A stretch of DNA of 64,000 nt from Octopus vulgaris (lineage: Eukaryota). The notes below the pieces were generated by a model. It was not told where the DNA came from. It worked only from the letters and a program-made list of their open reading frames with translations, and made no database searches. The position numbers were made by a program, and so were the translations under genes. The DNA lies in contig OX597814.1 in the NCBI GenBank assembly GCA_951406725.2, positions 193,626,001 through 193,690,000 on the forward strand, written 5' to 3'. Of the stretch, positions 1 to 13,343 are shown one piece after another. Numbering within the stretch: the stretch's first letter is position 1; the number at the start of each line of letters is the position of its first letter.

Positions 1-83
<83 letters not shown>

Positions 84-87
<4 letters not shown>

Positions 88-441
88 TCCAATGATCGAG
101 GTGTAGGAAGAAGGTTAGCTTCAAGCAATCCGTAGTAAATGTAAAAAATAACTTTCAGGGGTAATAGTGGTTTATTGAGATGGAAGGTTGTGGATCTTTT
201 TTCTTATAGAAGTACGATAAATTGGAAAAAGTTCTTTATATTTCACGGTAGGCAACCATGGTTGCCGGGTATGCGAATACGAAACAAGAGTTAAAGAATG
301 TGAAACTTGTATTTAATCAAGTTATCCTTGGCCTGAAGAGTAGACTGCGGTGCTCATTTCGCTTGGATATTTACCACACCCGAGGCTCCGCTCGCTTTGA
401 AACATATTTAGCCCGCTTCTTATATAGTCCATTCCTTAACT

Positions 442-445
<4 letters not shown>
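84..445 (+). mobile_element. Short non-autonomous Penelope-like (pLTR-type) element between (TG)n and (TA)n tracts
   Basis: Unique-looking segment bounded by microsatellites, with a hammerhead-like motif shortly before a (TA)n tract. Boundaries approximate. Confidence 0.4.
330..413 (+). ncRNA. Hammerhead ribozyme-like motif (type I, long stem II, degenerate)
   Basis: GGC-CTGAAGA(333-339)-long stem II-GAAAC(399-403)-ATAT-TTA-GCC. Stem I is ggc/gcc. The G expected to close stem III is T. Confidence 0.5.
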
Positions 446-478
<33 letters not shown>

Positions 479-624
479 TTTTTTATAAGCTTTAAGCTTA
501 TGGCTGTCACCGTGCAATGACTAAGGACATAGTCTAATAAAGGGGCATATAAGCAAGCCCTCGACAGAAAAAAGAAGGCTGCACGCACGTCTTTTTCGTC
601 CCAGCCTCTGATAACTGATCTTGG

Positions 625-770
625 TTTGCTTATGTCCCCGTAACTTAGCGGTTTGGCAGAAGAGACTTATAGAATAAACGCCAGACTTTGAAATAAGTAC
701 TGAGGTCGATTCAAACGACTAAACCCTTCAAGGTGGTGTTCCAGCATGGCCACAGTCAAATGACTGAAAC
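625..770 (+). mobile_element. SINE family S1, 3' part
   Basis: gtccccgtaacttagcgg...ccagcatggccacagtcaaatgactgaaac matches the 3' half of full S1 copies such as 13501-13909. Confidence 0.75.
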
Positions 771-1293
771 ATCGGGTAGTATTGAGGATAACGTTTTGTA
801 CGACTCAAGCAACGTTCTCTTAATTTTCATAGCATTTGGTCTGATTTGTAACTATTTACTCGTTATTCAGTTCCATGCGTAAAATGACTCCAAACTTCTT
901 TAAAATATCCTCATGTAGAGAAACATAGATAATGATAAGAACCTTAAAAAGTGCAAGTCTAGCAATACGATTTTAGAGTTACTTCATAAAAACTTGACTG
1001 CTGTCTGAAGTTGCCAAATTAATTCAACTTTGGCTGATCATCCTTGCAACTTTAGATGCAAACGAATGAACCTTCTCAACTTTGGGCGGAATTCGTTCAT
1101 TCTTAAGATGCACAACAGTCCAAAAAAAAAAAAAACGGTTGACTTCACTGACTCGCATTTCCATCGAGAAACAACTAGTCGTCGATTTAGAACGAACAGA
1201 TTTACTCATAATATCAAAGGAATTTACTATAAAACCAAACCGCTTGGAATTTTCTGTTTAAATGAAGTGTTTATTTCTTATAATATTTATACC

Positions 1294-1510
1294 TATTTCT
1301 TTACTACCCACAAGGGGCTAAACACAGATGGAACAAACGGATTAAGTCGATTACATCGACCCCAGTACGTAACTGGTACTTAATTTATCGACCCCGAAAG
1401 GATGAAAGGAAAACTCGACCTCGGCGGAATTTGAACTCAGAACGTAACGGCAGACGAAATACGGCTACGCATTTCGCCCGGCATGCTAACGTTTCTGCCA
1501 GCCCGCCGCC
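1294..1510 (-). mobile_element. SINE family S2 (B-type tail), single unit
   Basis: Reverse complement of ggcggcgggctggcagaaacgttagc...gagttcaaattccgccgaggtcga...gtagtaaagaaata. Degenerate TSD at 1271-1293 and 1511-1513 plus 1912-1933. Confidence 0.85.
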
Positions 1511-1513
1511 TTA

Positions 1514-1911
1514 TCTTTATATATAAAAGTGAGGTTGCGTGCTGTCTGTCTCCTACGATTTAGATTCCTAACTACTCCCACATTTTGCGGTGCAGTTTAA
1601 CCAAAAGCGGGTATCTTATAGTCGTGATTCATATCGAGCCCTTCTGGGTATTAGCGCGCGTCTACGATGAGTCTACGATTAAAAAAAAAATTTACTATCA
1701 ATTTTTCCCATTTTTAATGCATTTTTGGCATATATAAGGGAAGTAACTCTCTTAAAATTTATTATTAAATCTCAGAACGTAAAAAGCTACAGTAACACCC
1801 CACCCCTTTGTGGTTAGCCATATTGAGATGGCTATTATACTTTATATCTCTAAAAATGCTTATATAGTTATTTCCCTTACAAACCCGAGCAACGCCGGGC
1901 GATACTGCTAA
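1514..1911 (+). mobile_element. Non-autonomous Helitron
   Basis: Starts TC(tttatatataaaag) after an A, ends ccgagcaacgccgggcgatactgCTAA before a T (subterminal hairpin plus CTRR), no TSD. The 5' ~170 bp match the helicase-bearing Helitron at 14808-15652. Confidence 0.85.
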
Positions 1912-3597
1912 TTTCTTATAAAAAAATTATACCTTTTGACATTTTAATGTATTAGTGCAGTAGTCGTTCCAAGTAAATGCATTGCTGATTTTACTAAAGA
2001 AAACCCTTTCAAATGATTTTACTATTGAACTGCACTGGAAATGAAGGGTGGAAGAAAGTTTGTGTTTTTCCTATTAGTTCCCACCACACTAAATAATTAT
2101 AGCTATTACAGTTTGCTGTATGTTTGTTTGTCAGATAAATTTAAATAAACATACAGTGCATGTCCAAGAAGCAAAATATTCAAATTATCTAAATCAGCCG
2201 TTGAACATCATTTGCACAAACTGTCTTTTGTTTAAGTTAAATGTAAAACAGCGGGTTAAAAAATAGGTCAGCTGATTTGTTCATCCCTTAGCCCCGGGGT
2301 GGCTGCTTCATTTTGAAATGTATTTTTTTGAAAAGGCTTTTGATATTGTTAACAGGGGACTTCTGTAGCATGATCTCACTTTGGTTGATTGTTCCAAATT
2401 CTTTAAACTCCTCTGCTAGCTCCACACAAGGATAATAGCCCGACAGCAAGAATCTGGGCTATTCAATGTAAAAAGAAAATTAGTCAAGGTTTCAAACTCG
2501 CTCCTGAACTGTTCTCTTCATCTATCCTTTTCATCTATGTAACCACACTATTAATCAGAGCAGAAAGGAGACAGGAAGTTTCTATTTACTCAGATTCGAC
2601 GGAACCTTTTCAATATCAGAAGTCTGCCGGCTGCTATGGAGTCATTGACTTACACAATACTTATGACTACTCTAGTTGCTCATACAAAGGAAATCCTGCG
2701 GGTCATCATTTCAAGAGCCATCGCACCATATGAAAGAATAGCATGATAGCAAACATCGAGAACACTAACATCATATGTTAGTCATTTCTCCCCATCCCTC
2801 CCTTCTCCACACTTTCTCGCAAAATATCAACAACGGGTGACTCCTTCCGAAATCTCGGTACAGCAAACTTCCAATGACAACACACAGGATGAGAATTTTC
2901 TTGACTACCTCAAACACGCTTGTGTATCGCTTGGAGAACTTAGAAAGAGATACTTTCTTGACAGCTATCTCTGCCTCTACGCAAATATCCTCTTGTATCT
3001 GGCAGTTTACGTTTCCACTTTCCTGTAAAGTTGCCAGACATTGTCTTCAGACCTTTTCCTTCAGATGGCGAGGTAAGATTCAGCATACTTAAATCCTCAC
3101 TTTGACCAACTGCAGCAGGCGGCTCGGGAATGTAGTGCTCCTTTCCGACTCGCGTCTACTCCTCCCTACCTTTACGTACGATTCATAATGATCAGCTACT
3201 CCATGCTCAACCTTTGTCTGGAGGATAAAAGACATAGTTCAAACAGCAATTGAAGGCCATTTCGTAAAAGAGAAACAGTAGCCTTCAAAAGTAAACGACA
3301 TAAATAGTGGAGATTCATTTCGACGGCCTTTACTGTTTAAGTGGGATTGAAGACATGGAGGAGAAGAAAGGCATTCAGTACTATGAGGAGAGGCTAAGTA
3401 GTTACGACTCACCTCTCCAACCAAGGTTTTATAGTCCCGACTGCAACTGACGCTAAGACTATGCAGGTTTTAAAGGAGCCACAAATGGAAAAGATGGTCA
3501 TCACCGGAGTTTATAGAATACCATATTCAAGTGATAGACATACACACACATACACACATGTACACACACACATTTATCTATCCATATATATACAGAG

Positions 3598-3634
<37 letters not shown>

Positions 3635-3688
3635 AAGAGCATCCAAAAAGAATATGTGTTGTGTGCATATGAATATATATTATATATC

Positions 3689-3729
<41 letters not shown>

Positions 3730-3787
3730 ACAAATAGAGAGAGAGAGTAGGGGAAAGGGAAAGAGAAAGAATATGCAGAAAGAATAT

Positions 3788-3877
<90 letters not shown>

Positions 3878-4003
3878 ATGTATATGCATCTGTATGTATA
3901 TATTATATACATTATATATATCATATTTCTCCCCACAAACATACACACACATTATATTTATATTATATTTTTCATAATTGCTGGAATGTAAAAATTATGA
4001 TTT

Positions 4004-4074
4004 AAGGACTGGAAGTGTCCCCCATTCCACTTATGAAACTTTGATAAGTGGAATGCACGAAAATGTTGGTCCTT
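4004..4074 (+). ncRNA. Degenerate hammerhead-like fold
   Basis: Outer stem aaggac/gtcctt, stem II gtg/cac enclosing a perfect 12-bp hairpin (4023-4034/4044-4055), then GAAA. The 5' core does not match CTGANGA. Confidence 0.3.
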
Positions 4075-4115
4075 GAGTTATTTTTGCAACTTTCTAGAGA
4101 TTAAAAATAATATAA

Positions 4116-4166
<51 letters not shown>

Positions 4167-4227
4167 GCGAGCGCGCACGCACACACACACATATATATCA
4201 AAATAAAGCAAAGGATATCAAGAGGTG

Positions 4228-4315
4228 ATGCAGTACGACCGTTTCAAACAGCTCCATTTCATTGAACAACGTAATCATTACATCAATTTAAATGCAGGGC
4301 TATCCTCAGCTGCAT
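4228..4315 (-). ncRNA. Hammerhead ribozyme-like motif (type I, long stem II)
   Basis: Minus strand ATGCAG-CTGAGGA-tagc...gctgttt-GAAAC-ggtc-GTA-CTGCAT. 6-bp stem I, near-palindromic stem III acggtcgt, GTA triplet. Confidence 0.65.
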
Positions 4316-4785
4316 AAATAAATAGAATTTTTTAATTAGTTGGACACATTAATATAATTTTACTCAAATTCTCTAATAGAGCAAGAAGAGGGAGAAAGTC
4401 CATGTTGCTACTAATGTGACTCAAAATATACTACACTTCTGAGAACTGTATGAAGGTTTTTAGGGTCATAGCATGTAAATGATTGTGGCTCACTTTTAAT
4501 TTATTAGTCTTTTATTATCAACTACAAAATCTAGGGCTAGAGGACAGTTCCTCCTTAGAATGGATAGACAGAGTGAGCTGACAGTTTATAGTTGGGTATA
4601 GTCATAAATATTGTCAGAATTTAGAAAATGTATAAGTAAGGGTCTATAAAGGAGGCTGGGTAGGGGAAGACCCTAAACCAGGATGTTAATTATCAGTTAA
4701 AGGGGCAAGACGCTAATAAAACCTATGATGTTAATACAGAGAAAATTATCATGGGGTACAATGGAAGATTGTATATAAACAATAT

Positions 4786-5258
<473 letters not shown>

Positions 5259-5486
5259 TAAATAATATTGTTTTGTTGGATGAAGATAAAATTTAAGATT
5301 ACTGAAAATAATATTATATACAGAATAGATAAGCTGTGTATATATGCCAATTTTCAACATTAGAAACTTGACTCTAAAACCGCATGAATATTTGATGTGG
5401 TTTTAGAATCAACTTTTGACTGCTATATCTAGCATGATGGTATCTTTTAGATACCCTTAATTATAATTTTCATATATATATATAAT

Positions 5487-5546
<60 letters not shown>

Positions 5547-5603
5547 GCATATACATGTATAGTCGATATGTAAAATGTGTGTGTATATGTGTATATATAT
5601 ATA

Positions 5604-5659
<56 letters not shown>

Positions 5660-6264
5660 ACACACACACACATAAGGATTGTTTTACCACACCCTGTCTT
5701 TAAAATATTTGTCGATGAAGCATTTGGAATAATATGAACTTCTGGAATGGTTATCTGAGATCTTCAGCTGCCGACACCAGTCTTGAAGTAAACTGAGTCA
5801 TCTTGGCTAGCAATAATAATATGGATTATACAACGAGCTTTGATGTAGCAAAATATATTAGCAAGCGGAAAGAAAGGTTTGTTGTCAGCGAAGACGTAAA
5901 AACATATATGTTTTAAACAATGCCTGGTCTTTCCCCGAAATTTGTTCAGCAGGGACATACGTAAAAACATGTCTACGAGTCCCTGTTGTGTCACGGAGGT
6001 TGTGTTTGAGGAATTGGAGCGTGACGGACCTTGGAATAATTGACAGTAGAGCAAAAGTAGGAAAAGTAGCAGAAATGTAAAAAGAAACAAACACTAACAA
6101 ATGAATGAGTAATAAATAAGAATGGTTTAAGATTAGTACAGTGGCTTATGTCACCATCTAAATGTCTGCCATTGTCTGTAAACAGAAGATTGTTATAATA
6201 ATAAAAACGCTGTCTGCTAACGTAAGCTTTAAAGCCAATCATTAAAACCGAACAAATGAACAGA

Positions 6265-6730
6265 TGAAAGAGATAGAAAGTTAGAGAGAGACACAGACAA
6301 ACAGAGAGATAGAGACAGAGAGACATAAACAAAGAAAGAGACAGAGACAGAGAGACAAAGAGACAGATAGACAGACAGATAGAAACAGAGAGACAGGCTG
6401 ACAGACTAAGGGAGACACAGAGAGAAAAAATAAAGACAGAAAGAAGAAACAGGTTAGATAGTAAGCGACAGAGTGAGTTAGACAAAGAGGAAGAGAAAGT
6501 TGGAGAGAGTTAGACGTAGATATAGACAGAGAAACGGGAAGAGACAGAAAGAGACAAAGGGAGAGAGAGAGAGTTAGATATATAGAGAGAGAAACAAGGA
6601 CAGACAGAAAGAGAGATAGGGGGAGAGAGGGCAGAGATAGGGAGTTAGACAAAGATATAAGCCGAAAAACAAAGAGAGACAGAAAGAGAGAGAGAGAGAG
6701 AGTGAAACAAAGAGAGACAAAAACAGATAG

Positions 6731-6779
<49 letters not shown>

Positions 6780-6912
6780 GAGAGAGAGAAACAGAGAAAA
6801 ACGGAAAGACAGACAGACAGATAGAGCGATCTACTGAGGGCGGGAGAGAGAGATAGATGTAGAGATGCACAGAGAGAGAGCGAGAGAGAGAGAGAGAGAG
6901 ATGATGATGATG
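6265..6912. repeat. Degenerate (GA)n/(GACA)n/(GATA)n purine-rich tract
   Basis: Directly visible. Source of the Leu/Ser-rich ORFs. Confidence 0.9.
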
Positions 6913-7337
6913 GCGGGTGTTTGTGTTTCCAAGCTATTATTTGTGCCAATTGAAGACTTACAATATATTTTATGTAGCCATACAGTGGTAGGAGAGATGA
7001 TAGGAGAGACGGGTGACAAGTCGGTGTAAAAATATATCGCAAAACCACATGCGACCAAGAACAATTGAGTTACACCGCCAAGAGGCTTACGCGAACTCAG
7101 ACAAAAGACATTGACAAAGCACTTCCCCCGTATTCCCCGCTCCTGCAATTAATAACTCTTAAACCTTAAAGTAAACATTGTGCTACCAATAACATTGGAG
7201 ACACGTCTTGAAAAACTGTTTTTTTTTTTCTTTTTTTTTTTTTACTGGACAAGAGCAGACGTTCTTTCCGCCAAATTGATTTTACAGGGTTTAGGAGGTG
7301 AAAGGTATAGATGATGTGTGTATCTTTGTGTTTCTTG

Positions 7338-7395
<58 letters not shown>

Positions 7396-7529
7396 TGTGT
7401 GTGTGTGTATGTGTGTGTGTTTTGTTAACTAGACTATCAAATACATAAATCATATTTGTATAATCCATAGAGGCGTGTTGTTCACTCTGTATACGTCTTC
7501 ACAAGCATACGTACATTTCTCCTTAACTC

Positions 7530-7667
<138 letters not shown>

Positions 7668-8099
7668 CACACACACATACACACACACACAGACACGCAC
7701 GCATGCATTCAGAGTTAATTATGTGTTCAATCTAGCGTGAAGCGTTAAAATAACACTCGGTGCCGTTAATTAGAGGGGAGTAACATTTTACTGAATGCTG
7801 GGTTTTGTGTGAGCCGCTACTCAGAGTTTCTCAGTTCCGTCCCTCAGGCGACTAAAGAGTCATAATTTGGATTTTGCTTTGAATACGCAACGATCAAGTG
7901 GCTGCCTTTGGATCGGCTTGAGTGGGTGGGGTGGGGTGGGGTGGGGGACTTAAATAGAGAACGGAGAGGGTGGGGGGAATATCACACCAAAATAAATAAA
8001 TAAATAAATAGATAGATAAATGAATGAATAAAAAATGTGTGGAGAGTGAGAGTGAGGCGAAGCAAAAACAGAGGGTTAGAGACAGAAGTAGGTTGCGAC

Positions 8100-8640
8100 A
8101 AGAAGAAGAAGAAGAAGAAGAAGAAGAAGAAGAAGAAGAAGAAGAAGAAGAAGAAGAAGAAGAAGAAGAAGAAGAAGAAGAAGGAGGAGGAGGAGGAGGA
8201 GGAAGGAAAAAGAAGAATGAATGAATAAATGAATGAATGAATGATTGAATGAATTGAAGAAAGGAAGGAAGGAGGGAAGAAGAAGAAGAAGAAGAAGAAG
8301 AAGAAGAAGAAAAAGAAGAAGGAGGAGAAGAAGAAAAAGAAGAAGAAGAAGAAAAAGAAGAAGAAGAAGAAGAAGAAGAAGAAGGAGGAGGAGGAAGAAG
8401 AAGAAGAAGAAGAAGAAGAAGAAGAAGAAGAAGAAGAAGAAGAAGAAGAAGAAGAAGAAGAAGAAGAAGAAGAAGAAAAAGAAGAAGAAGAAAAAGAAGA
8501 AGAAGACGAAGAAAAAGAAGAAGAAGAAGAAGAAGAAGAAGAAGAAGAATGAATGGATGAATGAATGAAGGAACGAATGAACGAACGAACGAACGAACGA
8601 AGCAAAAAGAAAAATGAAGGAAGGAAAGAGAGAAAAAATG
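8100..8640. repeat. Compound (GAA)n/(GGA)n/(GAAT)n/(GAAC)n microsatellite
   Basis: Directly visible. Confidence 0.95.
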
Positions 8641-9126
8641 AAAAGTATGAGAGACGAAAGAAAGAAAAAGAAAGCATGAATGAACATTTTTACTCACAGC
8701 TGTCGTGCACATGCAACCAATTCTCACACACGCACACACTCACGTATATATACACACAGCGCGCGCGCGCGTTCAAACACACTTGACATGTATTCTACGA
8801 AGAAGGACTTTAAAAACGTCCTGCAATTGAGACGGACACATCAATAACACAACCGGGGAATATAACGAAAACAACAGCTCAACAGGTAAACAGATTATTT
8901 CTACCGGTGGTTATAGAAGAAACGGTAACTATAAAACACATTTTTTCTGGGCATTATGAATTGATTGCAGATTCATGTAACTGCTACAAGAAAGCGAAAC
9001 AAAACCCCGTTCTTGGATATATGAATAGATTTAAATCATTCTACACTCAGAACTAAAACATCATACGCATGCATGCACACACAGCGGGCATACGCGCACA
9101 TAAACACTTGTATGTGCATTTATAAT

Positions 9127-9189
<63 letters not shown>

Positions 9190-9287
9190 TATACAAATTT
9201 ATACACACCTACACATACACACACAAGGCATTTATTAATCATGATTGTTTCGATAACTACCAGTAAACTATATATATATATACGTAC

Positions 9288-9858
9288 ATGATGGCTGTCC
9301 ACTCGTGACCGAGGAAGACCATTGCTGACCTTCAAGAACATTGTGCGCTCTAGGCCGTTGGTGGCTAATGAGACCTGCTCTTGAAAATATCGAGCAAAGA
9401 TCAGCAATGCCTGTGCAGAGTTTTAGGTCCAATAAGGCTTGCACGATACTTCATAGACCCTCTCCACTTTATTGACATTATCCAGAGACAAACCAGAGCA
9501 AGATGTCTGGTGCCAATATGAGTAACAGACTTAGGGATGTAGGAGCGCCATGATCTCTAGCAGAAACCAAAGATCCCCAAAACGTCCAATGCCATTCCCT
9601 GCATATCTGGTTTTATATCAGAGTGACCTTCTCCTAGAGACATGCTTCAACAGAAACTGAGGAGTGCCTCCCTCCCAGTGGTCTTTCAGCATGCCGGACA
9701 CCATCTTGGAATTTCTGCTTACCCGTGTTATAGCTAGCTGTTGAGCTAGCACTAGGTTCATCCGATCATTCAACAGGTCTTGTTTTTAATCCTGCTGGGT
9801 TTCTAGCAACCCTTCACACCAGGATATCCTGGTGGGGGTGCCAGTTTAGTAGCCGACA
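9288..9858 (-). mobile_element. Possible non-autonomous RTE-derived element
   Basis: Minus-strand 3' end atggtcttcctcggtcacgagtggacagccatcat resembles RTE-type 3' stem-loop tails; flanked by microsatellites; no ORF. Family call is by resemblance only. Confidence 0.35.
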
Positions 9859-10104
9859 ACAAGTTGTACATACATACATACATACATACATACATACATA
9901 CATACATACATACATAACTGTATAATAATATATTCTCTCCGATTTGAAGTGACAATTTTTAAATACAAGCAAATGGCTGAAAAATGGTGAGCTAACCCTA
10001 ACCAGAATCGAGCCGACAATTCAACGCTAACACGACTCCTTGCGCATCCGATTTGACCAAACGCTCACTCATCAATTCCAACCAAATTTACTGAATATGT
10101 TTGC

Positions 10105-10248
10105 ATCCCCGTAACTTAGCGGTTCGGCAAAAGAGACCGATAGAATAAGTACTAGGCTTACAAAGAAGAAGTCTTGGGGTCGATTTGCTCGACTAAAGGC
10201 GGTGTTCCAGCATGGCCACAGTCAAATGACTGAAACAAGTAAAAGAGT
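10105..10248 (+). mobile_element. SINE family S1, 3' part
   Basis: ccccgtaacttagcggttcggcaaaagagaccgatagaataag...gtaaaagagt. Confidence 0.85.
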
Positions 10249-10531
10249 AATATTTGTAAGCAAATGCGTAAAATGAGGGAGATTGAGGAAATCCAGGCAA
10301 ATAACTTAGCACTCCATGAGAAATCGCGGCCTGTAGGATGTATAGAGTGAAAAAAATATCCAGTTAGTAAAAAAAATGTTCCATACAAACTGTAAGTCCG
10401 TGGAATTTACCTATTTCTGCATCAATCACAGAGTATAAAATAAAACGATCAGTTTACTGGTAGTTATCGAAACAATCAAGATTAATAAATGCCTTGTGTG
10501 TGTATGTGTAGGTGTGTATAAATTGTATATG

Positions 10532-10610
<79 letters not shown>

Positions 10611-11158
10611 TATAAATGCACATACAAGTGTTTATGTGCGCGTATGCCCGCTGTGTGTGCATGCGTGCGTATGTATGTGTGTATGTGTATATATGAGCAC
10701 GTGCCTGTATGTGTGTATGTGTGTGTGTATTTACGTTGATAGCGATATCAAAGACCTATATTCTATCAATCCAGATGTGCCACATCGTTCGTTTATGTTT
10801 CCTACAGTTCTTCTTCTCTAAACAAACGCCATACTCTATGATGCCGCTAGCCATACACATTTATTTTATGTGGTTGATATATCACCCATTGCTCGTCTTT
10901 AACCTTTTCACTCACAGCTGTCGTGCACATGCAGCCGATTCTCACATACAAATTCACATATATATACACACAGCGCGCGTCCAAACACGTTTGACATGTA
11001 TTCTACGAAGAGAGACTTTGAAAACGTCCTGCAATTGAGACAGACACATCAACAACACTAATATAACCACCCTTGAATAAGAATTGAACCTCTGACTGTT
11101 TTTAACAATGTTAACCACGTCTATATCGATTTAACATGAGTTCAACATATCGAATGAT

Positions 11159-11563
11159 AATAACCCTTTCTACTAAAGGCACAAGGCCTGAAATTTTGGG
11201 GAGAGAGGATGAGTCGATTACATCGACCCTAGTGTGTCACTGGTACTCAATTTATCGACCTCGAAAGGATGAAAAGCGAAGTCGACCTCGACGGAATTTG
11301 AACTCAGAACGTAGCGGCAGACGAAATACCTATTTCTTTACTACCCACAAGGTGCTTAAACACAGAGAGGACAAACAAGGACATACATAGGTAATAAGTC
11401 GATTATATCAACCCCAGTGCGTAACTAGTACTTATTTAATCGACCCCGAAAGGATGAAAGCAAAGTCGACCTCGGCGGAATTTGAACTCAGAATGTAGCG
11501 GCGGACGAAATACCGCTAAGCAATTCGCCCGGCGTGCTACCGTTTTTCCCAGCTCGCCGACTT
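11159..11563 (-). mobile_element. SINE family S2 dimer (head + B-tail unit + A-tail unit)
   Basis: On the minus strand: head, body ending gtagtaaagaaata, junction GGTATTTCG, second body ending ccccaaaatttcaggccttgtgcc. Confidence 0.85.
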
Positions 11564-11864
11564 AATCTGTCATAAATATTAACAAGGAGAATGAAGGGAG
11601 CAGCACATTTTATCGCATTATTCTGCGATGTGTGTGTGTCTATAAAATCCACTCTAAGCTTTTGTCATCCCGAAGCTATTACAGAAGACACTTGCCCAAG
11701 CTGTCACGCAATAGGATTGAACCCGGACCCATGTGGGATAAAAATTGAAGAACTACTACAATAAGTGTGCGATTCTGGGAAGGGAATATGTAGAGCAAAG
11801 TTATAATTAACTGATCCTCCTGTTTTTTCTTTTATCCTAAGCTAGGAAATTTTCAGCATGTCCT

Positions 11865-11903
<39 letters not shown>

Positions 11904-11986
11904 GTTATAGGTGTTTACATGACCAAAATTCGCGGTCTCAGTACATATGATCAAGTGAAAACAAAGCTTTAGATATAACAAAACAA

Positions 11987-12390
11987 AGGCGGCGAGCTGG
12001 CTGAAACGTTAGCACACCGGGCGAAATGCTTAGCAGTATTTCGTCTGCTGTTACGTTCTGAGGTCGACTTTGCCTTTCATCCTTTCGGGGTCGATAAATT
12101 AAGAACCAGTTACGCACTGGGGTCGATGTGATCGACTTAATCCCTTTGTCTGTCATTGTTTGTCCCCTCTATGTTTAGCCCCTTGCGGGTAATAAAGAAT
12201 TAAGAAACGTTAGCACGCCAGGTGGAATGCTTAGCGGTTATTTCGTGTCTTTACGTTCTGAGTTCAAATCCTGCCGAGCTCGACTTTGTCTTTCATCCTT
12301 TCAGGATCGATAAGTTGCGGACTGTGGTTGATGTAATCGACTGACCTCCTCCCAAAAAATTTCGGGCCTTATGCCTAGAATAGAAAAGAA
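11987..12390 (+). mobile_element. SINE family S2 dimer (B-tail unit followed by A-tail unit)
   Basis: ggcggcgagctggc head; B tail ends gtaataaagaat; second copy ends cccaaaaaatttcgggccttatgcctagaatagaaaag. Confidence 0.85.
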
Positions 12391-13343
12391 AAAAATACAA
12401 GAAAACAATAAACAATCTGGTTTACTAACACAGAATTACACACACATATTTAACATAGATAAAAAGAGTATCGTGTACTTGATATTTAAAAGAAAAATAC
12501 AAACATTTTATAGTAACTATAATAACAATTTAAGTATGTGGTTAGTTGTTAGAAGTGTCTGCTGTCATTGCATCAATCACATGACCAACTGCACCAAGAG
12601 CTGTACTTTCCTGCAATTTCTAACGAGAGGAAGGAGATGGCATTCTAATGACAGAGTGAGAAATTTGTTTAAAAAATGTAAATGAACACGTCAACTAGAA
12701 CATTAATATCAACAACAAAGACATCAACTCTAACATCAATGATAATGAGAACGACAAACTGTTAAAATAAGCTTGCACTCAGGAATTACCTCATTAAGTA
12801 TTAAACTTTCAATCTTGCTTCCTGTTAATTGAAGGTTTATTATTTTAATTTAAACTGGTTTGAATTAAATTTAATTATATTTATTTTGCTTGCGTTCAGA
12901 ATTTTACGTACAGCCGAAAGTGACTTTCCTTTTCATCTTTTCAAAGTAGACCAAATAAGTACCAGTGAGATATTTGGGTCGAGTTAATCAGTTGTGTACT
13001 TCCTGCAATTTGGGGGACTCTGTACTTAAGTTTAAAAGGGAAAAAAATGCTTTTAGGGAAATGGGGCAATAACAGAATCTGCAAGACATCCGCCTTGCGG
13101 GGCTTTTAGTTTTCGGTCTTTTGGTGTTTTGAGATGAAATCCCGGCGGGATTTCAACTTTTATTTTCATCCTTTCAACATCAATAAAATAAATTATCGCT
13201 CTCTCAAATACACGATATACTCATGGTAGGAAAAAGCTATTCCCATTGCGTCTATTTTAGTATTGTACTCACCAAAACCAACCATTCCAGACAAAACTAA
13301 TAAAAAAAAACGACACACCTGCTAATTAGAATTCTAAGATCTA

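Larger units (their letters stand above)
8692..11058. repeat. Local duplication: direct repeat A (8692-8850, 10910-11058) enclosing inverted repeat B (9062-9269, 10451-10673)
   Basis: A: actcacagctgtcgtgcacatgca...aaaacgtcctgcaattgagac occurs twice. B: gcgggcatacgcgcacataaacacttg...cgataactaccagtaaact occurs with its reverse complement. Confidence 0.85.

Noticed and set aside
2560-3480. Possible decayed Gypsy gag/protease
   Set aside because: Composition looks coding, but I could not recover a convincing motif. Needs tblastx or an HMM search.
5764-6100. Host exon (108-aa ORF)
   Set aside because: No recognisable motif or supporting neighbouring exons.
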